Assembly (NCBI GenBank): GCA_964016885.1
Contig: OZ024743.1
Location: forward strand, 164,486,001-164,550,000
Reading direction: 5' to 3'
Length of the DNA stretch: 64,000 nucleotides
Source of the DNA: Eledone cirrhosa
Lineage: Eukaryota
Positions 16,757 through 31,124 of this stretch are shown piece after piece. The position numbers and the translations under genes are program-made. How positions within the stretch are numbered: the first letter of the stretch is position 1; the number at the start of each line of letters is the position of its first letter. A model generated the notes under the pieces. The model had not been told where the DNA came from. It made no database searches and worked only from the letters and a program-made list of their open reading frames with translations.

Positions 16757-18211
16757 GTCGCATATCAGTAAGGTCATGGAGCGAGTCGTCAGAAAGAAAC
16801 TGATCACTTTCCTCGAGGAAAATGACCGCCTGACTAGCACGCAACATGGCTTCCGCCCAGGAAGAAGCTGCCTTACACAGCTGCTACATCACTACGACTG
16901 GGTACTGAGACAACTACTAGACAGCTCACATGTGGACATGATACATCTTGACTTTGCGAAGGCCTTTGACAATGTCGACTACGGAATGTTATGTCACAAA
17001 CTACACGGACTCGGCATAACTGGAAAAGTAGGTGAGTGTCTGCATGGCTTCCTCAGGGACAGAAGCCAGGTAGTCGCAGCAAATAGGACCCTCTCAAAGG
17101 AAACACCAATAACAAGTGGGGTGCCCCAGGGGACAGTCCTGGGACAACTACTGTTTTTGGTGGCTCTCTCAGACATGCCCTCTGTATTACATACAACATC
17201 CCTCACTAGCTATGTTGATGACACTAAGGTAGCACAGGAAATCAAAAACCCGGCTGACGCTGCCCTTTTACAGCAGGATCTGGATGCCATATACAAATGG
17301 GCGGAAGAAAACAACATGCAGTTTAATGCTGGCAAATTCCAAGCCCTACAATACAAACCTCCAAAGAAACCTGCAAACACAAATATAGTGGAACACAACT
17401 ACACAGGACCAGGAGGGACCGATATCCCCATGTCAAAATCGATACGAGACCAGGGCATAGACATGAGCGATGATGCATTTTTTTCTTCACACATCATGAA
17501 AGTGGCGACAATGTGCAGACGACTCGCTGGATTGATCTTGAGGACTTTCCGGACAAGAGATCGAGACACCATGTTGACACTATGGAGGACATTTGTCTTA
17601 AGCCGCCTGGACTACTGCTCCCAGTTGTGGTCACTCCATAGTGTCAAACTAACCACGGAGCTTGAGGCAATCCAGCGAAGCTACACCAAGAGGATTGCCA
17701 AGATGAGGGAGACAAACTACTAGGAGAGGCTAAAGGAACTGAACCTCTACTCCTTGGAGCGAAGACGGGAGAGATACGCAGTGATCTACATGTGGAAAAT
17801 CCTGGAGGGACTAGTACCAAACTTTGGCATTGGGAGCTGGACCAACCGTCGAACAGGACGTCACTGTGTGGTGCCAAAGGTCTCGTCTTCCACATCTAGA
17901 ATAAGGAGCAGGCATTGCAATAGCCTGGGATTCAAGAGCCCTCAACTCTTCAACAGGCTGCCGAGGGATCTGAGAGGTTTGCATGACGTGGAGGTGGATG
18001 TCTTTAAGAAACATCTCGACACCTTGTTATCCAGGATCCCGGATGAGCCCACAGCAAGACACGAGGGAAACCTAAGGGAGAGCAGCAACAAACTCCCTCT
18101 TACACCAGTGGCCAACCTATACAGGCTGCAGATAAAATGTGTAGCAACAAGGGCGGTGCCCCAGCATGGCCTCAGCCGGATGGCTGAAACAGGTAAAAGA
18201 GTAAAAGAGTA
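16757..18211 (+). mobile_element. 5'-truncated CR1-like LINE (second family), RT with in-frame stop
   Basis: [46 protein letters not shown]; ends with (GTAAAAGA)2 tail. Confidence 0.88.
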
Positions 18212-18236
18212 TATGTATATATATATATATATGTAT

Positions 18237-20732
18237 AAAGCCTTCCCTAGTGAGGAATGTACATCCCAACATAGCTTAGTTGTCAGCGACCTCTAGGTCA
18301 GAACTAGACGAACCTGGAAACAGAGGCCAACCTGGAGAAGAAAGATCTGGAAGCTGAAAGTCCCCTCAACCAGTAACAGATTTAAAAATATTTTACTCAA
18401 TGCCTACGACAGTAAAAAAGAACAGATACAGACATTTAATGTAGAAGAGAACTGGGAGTTCCTAAAAAATAATTTACTATAGACGACGGATGAGGTCTGT
18501 GGCTGGAGTAAGACCTCAAGCAGGAGGAGAGTGACATGGTGGTGGAACAATAAGGTAGATGAAGCAGTTAAGGCCAAGAGACAGGCATGGAAAGAATGGA
18601 AGAACGGGGGGAGCAGGGTACATTACATAGAGACCAAGAGGGAAGCTAGGCGACAAGTATACTTAGCTAGGAGGGAAGCAGAGGATAGAAAATTCAAGCA
18701 TGTTTTGCAACGTGAGGACCAGAAACAGGAGGTATTCAAGATTGCGAGGCAGTGTGTCAGAGATAGTTGTGATGTCATTGGAGAGAAGTGTATCCGGAAT
18801 GATAAAGGAGCCAGCAGTACAAGTCAGCAGCAACGTAAGTAAGTAAGTAAGGCAATCAAAGATATGAAGATGGGGAAGGCAACCGGTTCATCGGGTATAG
18901 CTGCCGAGATGCTGAAGGCATCTGGGTCTGTAGGTCACACTATAACCACACGTATTGTTAACCAGGTAATACTAGAAGGTGTCATACCAAAAGATTGGTG
19001 CAGTAGCATCATTGTCAACTGCTACAAAGGTAAAGGCGATGCACTAGATAGAGGAAACTATAGAGGTATAAAGTTGATGGACCAGGTCATGAAAGTAACA
19101 GAAAGAGTTATAGTACAGTTGATTAGGGACCAGGTGAAAATAGATGAGATGCAATTTGGGTTTGTACCAGGAAGAGGCACCACTGATGCCCTCTTCCTTG
19201 TGAGGCAATTACAGGAAAAGTACCTAGCTAAAAGTAAGCGACTCTACTTGGCATTTGTCGACCTTGAGAAAGCCTTTGACAGAGTTCCACGTGCTGTAAT
19301 CTGGTGGGCTCTTAGAAAACTAGGAGTAGATGAATGGCTTGTGAAAACGGTACAAGCCATGTATAGGGGAGCAGTCAGCAAAGTTAGGATTAGCAATGAG
19401 TATAGCGAGGAATTTAGTGTACAGGTTGGGGTCCACCAGGGCTCTGTTCTTAACCCCCTCCTGTTCATCATAGTCCTGCAGGCAATAACGGAGGAGTTTA
19501 AGACCGGAGGCCCATGGGAACTCCTGTATGCTGATGACCTTGCACTCATAGCTGAATCTATGGTAGAACTAGAGAATAAATTCCAAACTTGGAAGCAGGG
19601 ACTAGAAAGAAAGGGTCTCAAAGTCAACATGACAAAGACTAAGGTCCTTGTAAGTAGACGAGAAAACAGAACCCAGATCCCCTCAGGGAAATGGCCTTGC
19701 TCAGTATGTAGGAAGGAACTCCATTCTCTGCCCCAAATGCAAACATTGGGTACACAAGAGATGTAGCGGGATCTCAGGAAGCTTAATTAAGAATGTAGGC
19801 TTCACATGCAGCAGCTGTGCTGGGACAGCAAGCAGCAAACAGCCACAGGAAACAAGTACCACCAATCTCTGGGAGGGCTCTGTAGAAACAGTAGACAGCT
19901 TCTGCTTCCTAGGTGACCGAATTAGCAGTGGGGGTGGGTGTTCAGAAAGTACAATAACTCGGGTAAGAACGGGATGGAAGAAGTTTAGGGAACTACTACC
20001 ACTGCTAGCTGCAAAAGGCTTCTCCCTCAGAATGAAAGGCAGACTTTATGATGCATGTATCCGAACAGCAATGTTGCATGTTAGTGAGACCTGGGCGCTG
20101 AAGATGGAAGGCTTACGTAGATTAGAGAGAAACGAAGCCTGCATGCTCCGATGGATGTGTAACAGTAATATACGTGAACGACAAAGCATAAATGAATTGA
20201 GAGAGAGACTGAGCATAAGAAGAATCAAATGCTGTGTGCAGGAGAGGCGGTTGCGCTGGTATGGACATGTGATGCGTATCAAGGATGACAGCTGCATAAA
20301 AAGGTGCAGAGCACTAGAAGTTGATGGAAACCGCAGAGTGGGGAGACCCAAGATGACCTGGGATGAGGTGATAAAAGCCGACCTTACCCAATTACACCTC
20401 TCAAAGGCAATGACACACGACCGTGACTTCTGACCCCTCCCATGGGTACAAGCTGAAGCATATAGACAATATGCCCCCACCGCAAGGTGGTCGTGGAGGT
20501 GCCACGCCAAAAAAGCACCCAGCCCACACTGTAAAGTGGACGTGTAGGCGCCACGAAAAAGCACCCAGCACTCACTGTAAATAAGGTTGGTGTTAGGAAG
20601 GGCATCCAGCTGTAGAAATCAGTTCCTGTATGAGCAAGGCATGGTCAGCCGACCAGACACTGCCCACAATAGGACAACCCGTCTAACCCATGCTAGCGTG
20701 GAAGAACGGACGTAAAACGGTGATGATGATGA
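18237..20732 (+). mobile_element. RTE LINE subfamily B, 5'-truncated and degenerate
   Basis: ORFs 18531, 18864 and 20032 match the family; internal deletion near 18810 relative to the 28-31 kb copy; tail TAAAACGGT(GAT)n. Confidence 0.9.
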
Positions 20733-20740
20733 TATACATA

Positions 20741-20780
<40 letters not shown>

Positions 20781-20866
20781 TATATATAAATATTTGTGCG
20801 TATCTATATGTATATATGTATATATATATATATGTATGTATGTATATATATATATATATGTGTGTG

Positions 20867-20897
<31 letters not shown>

Positions 20898-21010
20898 ATA
20901 TATATATATGTATATATATGTATATATATATATATGTGTGTGTATATATATAAATGCTCATAATAAAATACATGGAACTCCTTTTAACCATCTTTTGATC
21001 TTATATTATG

Positions 21011-21041
<31 letters not shown>

Positions 21042-21105
21042 GTATATATATTTATGTATATATGTATATATATTTATGTATATATTGTATGTTTTATATA
21101 TTTTT
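20733..21105. repeat. (TA/TG)n microsatellite
   Basis: Direct reading; G interruptions on the + strand, unlike most arrays here. Confidence 0.85.
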
Positions 21106-21240
21106 CCCATGTTCTCAATATTAAGGTATATAAATATTGAGTTTTATCATATATTACTCACTACCATGACTGAATCTTAACCATCTACTATGTCAGGGTA
21201 TGTCATGCATCATCTTATTTTATCTGATGAGGAGTTACTC

Positions 21241-24200
21241 ATCATCATCATCATCTTCGTTTAACGTCCATTTTCCACACTAGCATGGGTTAGACGGGAG
21301 TTGTCCCACTTAGGCAGGGTTGGTCGCGTGACCGTGTCTCGCCCATATAGGACTATCTGGCAGGTTTTCTACAGCTGGATGCCCTTCTTAACACCAACCA
21401 CATTTACAGTGTGGAACTTCTTACCGTGTTACCTACACGACCACATTACAGCATGGTCTGTGTGTTTTTTCTCGTGAACCTACACAATCTCATTTATCTC
21501 ATTTATTTGGACTGGATGTTGTGGTTCCAACTTTATAGAGAGAGGGTGGTGTTGGTGAGAGTGGGAGGATAGGGTAGGGGTAGTGGATTGGGGTGTATAT
21601 TTGTTTAAGAGGTGCCTACTGACTAGGTTTCGCTTTGTACATAGGCAAGGCGGGTCTTCTGTATTACTGTGTAGCGCCAAAGATCTTGGTCCAGTGACAT
21701 TGTCTTAGAGAGATGCAAGTGTGTAAGGTCGGAATTTATCAGATCGTCCAAGGTTTTTCTGGGTCTCCCTACTCTGTAACTTCCATCAATTTTGATCGCC
21801 CTGCACTTTTTTATACAGCTGTCGTCTTTCATGTGCATCACGTGGCCATAGCAACGTAGTCTTTTCTCGAGTAAACAGCATCTGATCCCTCTTATTCCTA
21901 ATTTCTCACTTAGTTCATTTATGCTTTGCCGTTCACGGATATTACTATTACACATCCAACGAAGCATGCATGCTTCGTTCCTCTCCAGTCTATGCAGGTC
22001 CTCTGCACGCAATGCCCATGAAGCATTGCTGTTCGTATACAAGCATCATACAATCTGCCTTTCATTTTTAGAGAGAAACCTTTTGTGGCCAACAGCGGTA
22101 TAAGCTCTCTGAACTTTTTCCATCCCGTTCTGACTGGCTACTGTACTTTCAGAACACCCTCCACCACTGCTGATTCCGTCACCCAGGTAACGGAAAGTGT
22201 CTACTATTTCTATAGAACCATCTGGGCAATAGAAGGGGCTAGTATCCTGTAGACACTTGCTACCTATTGCACCTGAGCATCGGCCACATATAAAGTTTAC
22301 ATTCTTAGATAGCTTACCTGTGATCCCACTACATCTTTTATGTACCCATACTTTGCATTTGGGACATAAAATTGAATTTCTGCCTACTCCTTTCCTACAC
22401 ACTGAACAAGGCCATTTCCCTGAGGGTACCTGTGCCTTATCTTCCTTTCTACAAACTAGGACTTTAGTCTTAGACAAGTTAACTTCAAGGCATTTTGATT
22501 CCAGGCCATGCGTCCATGTTTGGAATTTCTTTTCTAGTTCAGCCATGAGCGTTAGATCATTGAACTCCTCTGTTATAGCCTGAAGGGTAATAATAAATAG
22601 GAGAGGGCTAAGGACAGAGCCCTGATGAACACCAACTTTTACACTAAATTCTTCACAATATTCATTGTTAATTCTAACCTTACTGACTGTTTCATTATAC
22701 ATAGCTTGTATAGCTCTCACAAGCCATTCATCTACACCTAGTTTTCTAAGAGCCCACCAGATACTGGAGCGGAGGACTCTGTCAAAGGCTTTTTCTAGGT
22801 CTAAGTAAAGGGGTTTACTTTTAGCTAGGTACTTCTCTTGTAGTTGTCGTACAAGGAAAAGAGCGTCTGTGGTACTTTTACCTGACACAAACCCAAACTG
22901 CATTTCATCTCTGATTAGTTGCGCTATAACTCTTTCTGTGACCTTCATGATGTGGTCAACTAACTTAATGCCTCCATAGTTTCCCCTATCTAGAGCATCC
23001 CCTTTACCCTTGTAGCAGTTAATGATGATGTTGCTACGCCAGTCTTTTAGTATGACCCCATTCTGTATTACTTGGTTAACTATACGGGTGACCATAGTGT
23101 GTCCCACCATACCAGATGCCTTCAACATCTCAGCAACTATCTCCGAAGGCCCAGCTGCCTTGCCTGTCTTCATACCTTTGATTGCCTTACTTATTATACT
23201 ACCTTTAACTTGCACTGCTGGTCCTTCTATTGGATCGATCTGGGGCAGACTATCTTTTTCCCATTTATTCTCATTTAATAGTCTCTCGTAGTGACACTTC
23301 CAGGCTATCTTCTTATCAGTATCAGTGAGCGCAAGTACACCGTTATCATTACGGACACACTTCTCCCTGACAATATCACGGTTCTCCTTGACATTGTCAA
23401 AGCAATCCTGAACACCTCACGTTTTTGGTCCTCACATTGTAGAACATGCTTGAACTTTCTATCCTCTGCTTCCCTTTTTGCAAGGTACACTTGTCTCCTA
23501 GCTTTTCTCCTGGTCACTTGATAGTGCTCTATACTTCCCCCATCCTGCCATACTTTCCAAGCCTGCTTTTTGGCCTCGATTGTCTCTTCTACCTTACTGT
23601 TCCACCACCAAGTTACTCTCCTCCTGCCAATAGGTCTGCTCCAGCCACAGATTTCATCCATTGCTTTCAGCAGGTTCACTTTCAAGAATTGCCACTGTTC
23701 TTCTATATCGCACATCTCTAATTGCTCTTCCTTATTGTCAAAGTTATCAAGTAATAAGCTTTTAAATTTGTCACTGGCTATGGGGTTCTTCAACTTCCAT
23801 ATTCTTCTCCTCAAGGTAGGCCTCCTCTGTCGTCGAGTACGTCTATTTCTGACTGAGGTCACTAACTATAAGGCTATGTTGGGAGGTGCATCCTTCACGG
23901 GGGAGGGATTTAGTGTTTACAACAGACACTTTGTCCCGTCTTCTAGTAAGGATATAATCTATCTGGCTGGCATGTTCCCCTGATCTATAGGTGATCAAGT
24001 GGTTTTCACGTTTTCTGAAGTTTGCGTTACAGATAGTTAGCTTATTGGCGTCACAGAATTCCAGGATTCTGAAGCCTTCCTCATTTCTATTTCCAACCTT
24101 GGATTCCATCATAGCCATCACTATGTTGTCCAACGTGGCCGTTTAGATCGCCAGCAATAATTAGGTACTCGCTGTCAGTTATTTGGGAGGTAGTGTGCAT

Positions 24201-25380
24201 TAGCGTCTCATAGGACCTGTCCTTTATAACGTCAAGTAGACCAGATTGGGGTGCATAAGCGGATATTATTGTCACAGTAGTTTTATTTAGAACTAGCCTT
24301 ATTTTAATTATTCTGTCATTTACTCTATTTACGTCAATTACCTTATCTACCCATTTTTCAGCTAACATAATTCCTACTCCACCCAGTCCGTTGTCGTTTC
24401 CCACCCAGAAAAGTTTATAGCATCGTTTTTTACCCACGATGAATCTGGCAGACCCCCCCCCCCCCCACTCTGCACCTAGTTTCTTGAATACAACGAACAT
24501 CAACTTCTTTACGTTCAAGCATCTCTACAACCTCATTTGAGTGACCTTTCAATGTGCCTACGTTCATGGTACCAACTCTTTAGTTGGAAGGGTGGGATGG
24601 ATGGGTTGGAGGGGTAGGGAGGGGTGTAGGAGACGGAATTTTGTTGGTCATCCGTGTCTGAAATAAAGAGGGGCCCTTGTATTCTCGTCTTGCAGCGGGA
24701 GGTGAATTTATCTTTATCTGTGACATTGTCATTGACTGCTTAGACTTTTCAAATTTCCACAGTCAACCCATCAAACAGGTCTAAACTTAAGGAGGTGGTA
24801 GCTTTGTTATACTGATTTGTTAGAGAACTTACTAAAGCTGCTGAGTTATGATTGGACCATATAGCAATGGTGGTGAGTGGGGTCGGGCGGATGGAAATGG
24901 GTAACTTTAGGAGAAGGTTAGTTTTTAGGAGGGGTCCAACAGATTGAGACAAATTAAAAACATGTAAAATAATAATTGAAAATCAGAGAGGAAAACGGAG
25001 AATTTGAATTTTAGACTGGCATAAATAAGAGTTTAAAACACTGCTTATTGAGAAGACTACGGATAAAAGAAAAGACAAGTATTGCTTACATTCTCAAAAT
25101 CGACAGATCGTCCGTAAGATAGATTAGATAGATAAATTCTGTCCTTGGGAACTAGCAAGATTTATTTTATACTTGCGATCAGGTGGGGAGGGGGGTATGA
25201 GAGAAGGAGCAAAGTGTTTACAAAGTTAGGGAGCGAGATGCAGGAAGGTTCTAGAATAATTATTTAATAACAATACTAGAACGTTAGTTTTTAGGAAGGG
25301 TCCAACAGATTGAGACATATTAAAAACATGTAACATAATAATTGAAAATCAGAGAGGAAAACGGAGAATTGTACTGTTGA
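21241..25380 (-). mobile_element. Near full-length degenerate RTE LINE (subfamily A) with probable 5' UTR
   Basis: (ATC)n at 21241 is the tail; ORF pieces 21623-24518; APE N-terminus (RVGTMNVGTL) near 24540-24580; upstream AT-rich UTR containing an ~87-bp direct repeat. The 5' boundary is approximate. Confidence 0.85.
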
Positions 25381-25484
25381 AGTTAACTCAGTACCTCTGA
25401 AATATGTATAATAAAATATACTTGATCACAAGAATATCTATTTTGTTAATATTTTGAATATATATATATATATGTATATATATA

Positions 25485-25957
25485 TCATCATCGTTGCATG
25501 GGTTTGGACAGGAATTTTCCCACTTGAGGCAAGATTGGTTGTCTTGCTCGTATAGGACTGTCTGGCGGGTTTTCTATGGCTGGATGCCCTTCCTAACACC
25601 AACCACGTTTACAGTGTGAACCGAGAGGTTTTTACTGTGTTACCTACACGGCCACATTACAGCGTGGACTGTGTGTTTTTTTTTTTGTCGTGACACCTAC
25701 ACGACCTCATTTATTTCGGACTGGATGTTGTGGTACCAACATAACTGTACATCGAAAGGGGTGGGGGTAGTGGGACAGGGCTGTATTTTTGTTAAGAGGT
25801 GCCTACTGACTGTAGGTTTCGCTTTGTACTTAGGCAAGGTGGGTCTTCTGTATTACTGTGTAGCGCCAAAGATCTCGGTCCAGTGACATTGTCTTGGAGA
25901 GGTGTAAGTGTGTGAGGTCGGAATTTATCAAGTCGTCCCAGGTTTTTCTGGGTCTGC
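25485..25957 (-). mobile_element. RTE subfamily A 3'-end fragment
   Basis: Reverse complement of the family 3' UTR and last codons. Confidence 0.85.
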
Positions 25958-27165
25958 TTTGTGGTCTTATTTTTCTTAACTAATGAATATTTCCAGCTCT
26001 GTGCACCTAACCTCTGCATGAACCCAGCCACCTAGCTGCCTTCCACTGCATATTGCACATTGAGCACATTGAGCACATGCCTTTACGCTCTGGCTTCTAA
26101 CTAATTCACCAATCTCTCTTCTCCTCTCCTACCCATCTTCATCTCTCTCTTTAAGATTGGTTACTCTTGAACTGTGTATATATATATAAATATATATATA
26201 TAATGAAAAACTTCCATCATAATTTATGTAAAGATCTTGTCATGGTTTGAACACCTGCTTAATAATGAGAAAGTTGTATTACTAAATCCCTCCAAATTCT
26301 TGATTATTTTCAAAATTATTTGAAAATCGTAGGGGTTGCTTTTTATTAGAAAAGCACACTATTAGTTTGACTATGCTCTTCTATCCCGTCCGAAATCAAA
26401 TGAAAAAATATATGCTCATATTCATTCAATAGACTAATAACTAAGAAATGGTTCATTGCTGTGGTGAGTTCTGTCAAAAAATTATTACTGTATAAGAAAA
26501 ATGACCCTATACCTTATGGCTGTCTTTAGATAAGGCTACTTATTCACTCCAGCAGGACGAGAGTGAAATATTGGCCACAGAGTACACAACAAAACATCAC
26601 ACTGAAGCTGCCATATGTACTGGTTTCATGCTAGAAACATTCAACATCCTCGATTGCTCCTGTCAGACATTGCCTATCACTGTAGGACTTGTGATATATA
26701 AGACAAAAACAACACCTGCATGATTAATTGTCTATAATGGTGATAAAGGAGTTGTCCATTCGTCAATCACATCACTTCACTGTCAGTTGGTTATCCATGT
26801 AACAAGCAAAGGTGGAAGATAACAAGGCTAACAGGAAGCTGTAGAGAACAGCTGAACCTCAGCTTTATTTAAGCCCACCTAACAAACTTTCAATGCTGTT
26901 AAGGTTAATTAAGGTGCATTTATTATTTTTTTTAAAAAAGGGCCACCCTCAGATAGCATCTTAAAATGTTATAGACTGCCTGCCAAAGAATAAAACTGGT
27001 AGTTGTATTATTGTTCAATATCAGTGTTACTTTGATTTCTAACAAATAGCAGTCATATATTTTGGGGGAGGAGGAAGTTAATTTAACCCTACTGATACTA
27101 AACTGCCTGAAATCATCCCCGGTTCGTCAATAAAAACTCTTTTAAAGTGCTTGAATTTATCTAAA

Positions 27166-27346
27166 ATAATTGTTTCTACTTTTGGCACAAGGCCAGCAAT
27201 TCTCCCAGTGCATTACTGGTATTTATTTTATCGACCCCGTAAGGATGAACGACAATGTTAACCTCGGTGAGATTTGAACGCAGACCGTAACTCTATGTTG
27301 CAAAGCAAGGTGTCCGACTCTCTACCGATACTGCCAATCCACCACC
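27166..27346 (-). mobile_element. tRNA-derived SINE with Nin/Deu-like central domain
   Basis: Minus strand: A box TGGCAGTATCGG, B box GTTCAAATC, then TTCATCCTTACGGGGTCGATAAAATAAATACCAG; repeated elsewhere in the window. Confidence 0.75.
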
Positions 27347-27498
27347 ATTAAAATGTATCTAAATTTATCTAAAATAATATTAGATGAGAATATTTCTTAT
27401 CCAATAAATACAAGATGAATGATGAAAAAGATATATTTTGAAATCCCTTCAAATTCTTGAAAATCACAGAGTGTCTGCATTAGAAATATATATATATG

Positions 27499-27711
27499 AT
27501 CATCATCATCACCGTTTTACGTCTGTTCTTCCACGCTAGCATGGGTTAGACGGGTTGTCCTGTTGTGGGCAGTGTCCGGTCGGCTGACCTTGTCTTGCTC
27601 ATACAGGAACTGATTCTGGCTTGATTTTTACAGCTGGATGCCCTTCCTAACACCAACCTCATTTACAGTGAGTGCTGGGTGCTTTTTTGCCGTGGCACCT
27701 CCACGACCACT
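27499..27711 (-). mobile_element. RTE subfamily B 3' UTR fragment
   Basis: (CAT)n followed by the reverse complement of the subfamily B UTR. Confidence 0.85.
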
Positions 27712-27749
27712 TTGCAGTAGAATGATAGGGACCCCAGTCCCTATCATCT

Positions 27750-27882
27750 CATTTCTACAGCTGAGTAAACTGGAGCAATGTGAAATAAAGTGTCTTGCTC
27801 AAGGAAACAACACATCACCCGGTCCGAGAATTTAACTCACGACCTTTTGATTGCAAGCCCAATGCTCTAATCACTAAGCCAT
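27750..27882 (-). mobile_element. tRNA-derived SINE with CORE/Meta-like domain
   Basis: Minus strand TGGCTTAGTGATTAGAGCA...GAGTTAAATTCTC...TCCTTGAGCAAGACACTT. Confidence 0.6.
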
Positions 27883-27886
27883 ATTA

Positions 27887-28003
27887 ATAATTGTTTCTAC
27901 TTTTGGCACAAGGCCAGCAATTACCTAGTACATTACTGGTACTTTATTTTATCGACCCTGTAAGGATGAAAGGCAAAGTTGACCTCGGCTGATTTGAACT
28001 CAG
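27887..28003 (-). mobile_element. Partial Nin-like SINE
   Basis: Close match to 27166-27280 and 36311-36430. Confidence 0.7.
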
Positions 28004-28034
28004 AATGGAAAGGGCCATAACTATGCGTAACTCA

Positions 28035-31000
28035 GTGTCCAGGGTAAATGCAAGAATCATTAAACTCAGACTAGTCCTGAATAAAACAATTACCACAATA
28101 ATATCAGCTTACGCACCCCAACCGGGGCTGCCAGACGAACTTCAGGATAGGTTTTACGAGTCCCTAATGCACACTACTGCTCTAACAGATGACAATGACT
28201 TCCTAATCATCGCAGGAGATTTTAACGGACACGTAGGTAAACACTGCGACGGCTTCAGTAGAGTACATGGAGGCCATGGGGTTGGCACAAGAAATGAGGA
28301 AGGATTCAGACTTCTAGAATTCTGCGACGCCAATGACATGTCGATATGTAACACAAACTTTAAAAAACCCGACAACCACCTGATCACCTATAGATCAGGG
28401 GAACACTCTAGTCAGATAGATTTTATCCTCATCAGAGGACGTGACAGATGGACGGTCGTAAACACAAAAGCCTTCCCTAGTGAGGAATGTACATCCCAAC
28501 ATAGCTTAGTTGTCAGTGACCTCACAGTCAGAACTAGACGAACCTGGAAATAGAGGCCAACCTGGAGAGGAAAGATCTGGAAGCTGAAAGACCCCTCAAC
28601 CAGTAACAGATTTAAAGATATTTTAGTCAATGCCGACAACAGTAAAGAAGAACAGATAGAGACATTCAATGTAGAAGAGAACTGGGAGTTTCTAAAAAAT
28701 AACTTACTGGAGGCGACGGATGAGGTCTGTGGCTGGAGTAAGACCTCAAACAGGAGGAGAGTGACTTGGTGGTGGAACAATAAGGTAGATGAGGCAGTTA
28801 ATGCCAAGAGACAGGCATTGAAAGAATGGAAGAACAGGGGGAGCAGGGTACATTACATAGAGACCAAGAGGGAAGCTAGGCGACAAGTATAATTAGGTAG
28901 GAGGGAAGCAGAGGATAGAAAATTCAAGCATGTTTTGCAACGTGAGGACCAGAAACAGGAGGTGTTCAAGATTGCGAGGCAGTGTGTCAGAGAGAGTTGT
29001 GATGTCATTGGAGAGAAGTGTATCCGGAATGATAAAGGTGAGCTTGCCCTCACAAGTGCTGAGAAGAAAGATGCATGGAAGAGTCATTATGATAGATTAC
29101 TAAATGAGGAGAATGCATGGGAAGAAGAGACTCTACCCCAAGTAGACCCTATAGAGGGGCCAGCAGTACAAGTCAGCAGCAACGTAGTAAGTAAGGCAAT
29201 CAAAGATATGAAGATGGGGAAGGCAACCGGTCCATCGGGTATAGCTGCCAAGATGCTGAAGGCATCTGCGTCTGCAGGTCACACTATAACCACACGTATT
29301 GTTAACCAGGTAATACTAGAAGGTGTCATACCAAAAGATTGGTGCAGTAGCATCATTGTCAACTGCTACAAAGGTAAAGGTGATGCACTAGATAGAGGAA
29401 AATATAGAGGTATAAAGCTGATGGACCAGTTCATGAAAGTAACAGAAAGAGTTATAGCACAGTTGATTAGGGACCGGGTGAAAATAGACGAGATGCAATT
29501 TGGGTTTGTACAAGGAAGAGGCACCACTGATGCCCTTTTCCTTGTGAGGCAATTACAGGAAAAGTACCTAGCTAAAAGTAAGCCACTCTACTTGGCATTT
29601 GTCGACCTTGAGAAAGCCTTTGACAGAGTTCCACGTGCTGTAATCTGGTGGGCTCTTAGAAAACTAGGAGTAGATGAATGGCTTGTGAAAGCGGTACAAG
29701 CCATGTATAGGGGAGCAGCAGCAAAGTTAGGATTAGCAATGAGTATAGCGAGGAATTTAGCGTACAGGTTGGGGTCCACCAGGGCTCTGTTCTTAGCCCT
29801 CTCCTGTTCATCATAGTCCTGCAGGCAATAACGGAGGAGTTTAAGACCGGATGCCCATGGGAACTCTTGTATGCTGATGACCTCGCACTTATAGCTGAAT
29901 CTATGGTAGAACTAGAGAATAAATTCCAAACTTGGAAGCAGGGACTAAAAAGAAAGGGTCTCAAAGTCAACATGACAAAGACTAAGGTCCTTGTCAGTCG
30001 ACGAGAAAACGGAACCCAGATCCCCTCAGGGAAATGGCCTTGCTCAGTACGTAGGAAAGGTGTAGGTAGGAACTCCATTCTCTGCCCCAAATGCAAACAA
30101 TGGGTACACAAGAGATATAGCGGGATCTCAGGAAGCTTAATTAAGAATGTAGGCTTCACATGCAGCAGCTGTGCTGGGACATCAAGCAGCAAACAGCCAC
30201 AGGAAACAAGTACCACCAATCTCTGGGAGGGCTCTGTAGAAACAGTAGACAGCTTCTGCTTCCTAGGTGACCGAATTAGCAGCGGGGGTGGGTGTTCAGG
30301 AAGTACAATAACTAGGGTAAGAACGGGATGGAAGAAGTTTAGGGAACTACTACCACTGCTAGCTGCAAAAGGCTTCTCCCTCAGAATGAAAGGCAGACTG
30401 TATGATGCATGTATCCAAACAGCGATGTTGCATGGTAGTGAGACCTGGGCGCTGAGGGTGGAAGACTTACGTAGATTAGAGAGAAACGAAGCCTGCATGC
30501 TCCGATGGATGTGTAACAGTAATATACGTGAACGACAAAGCATAAATGAATTGAGAGAGAGACTGAGCATAAGAGGAATCAAATGCTGTGTGCAGGAGAG
30601 GCGGTTGCGCTGGTATGGACATGTGATGCGTATCAAGGATGACAGCTGCATAAAAAGGTGCAGAGCACTAGAAGTCGATGGAAACCGCAAAGTGGGGAGA
30701 CCCAAGATGACCTGGGATGAGGTGATAAAAGCCGACCTTACCCAATTACACCTCTCAAAGGCAATGACACACGACCGTGACCTCTGGCATCACGCAGTAA
30801 TACAGAGTACCAGACCCCTCCCATAGGTACAAGCTGAAGCATATAGACAATATGCCCCCCCCCCCCCAAGGTGGTCGTGGAGGTGCCACGGCAAAAAAGC
30901 ACCCAGCCCACACTAAAGTGGACGTGTAGGCGCCACGAAAAAGCACCCAGCACTCACTGTAAATGAGGTTGGTGTTAGGAAGGGCATCCAGCTGTAGAAA

Positions 31001-31122
31001 TCAAGCCAAATCAGTTCCTGTATGAGCAAGGCATGGTCAGCCGACCAGACACTGCCCACAACAGGACAACCCGTCTAACCCATGGTAGCATGGAAGAACA
31101 GACGTAAAACGGTGATGATGAT
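28035..31122 (+). mobile_element. RTE LINE subfamily B, 5'-truncated, frameshifted
   Basis: APE (AYAPQ, GDFNGHVG, QIDFIL), RT, PHD-like insert, C-terminus, 3' UTR and (GAT)n tail. Confidence 0.92.
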
Positions 31123-31124
31123 GA

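Noticed and set aside
27166-27346. tRNA gene
   Set aside because: A/B boxes are present, but no complete cloverleaf is evident and it continues into a repeated SINE body.
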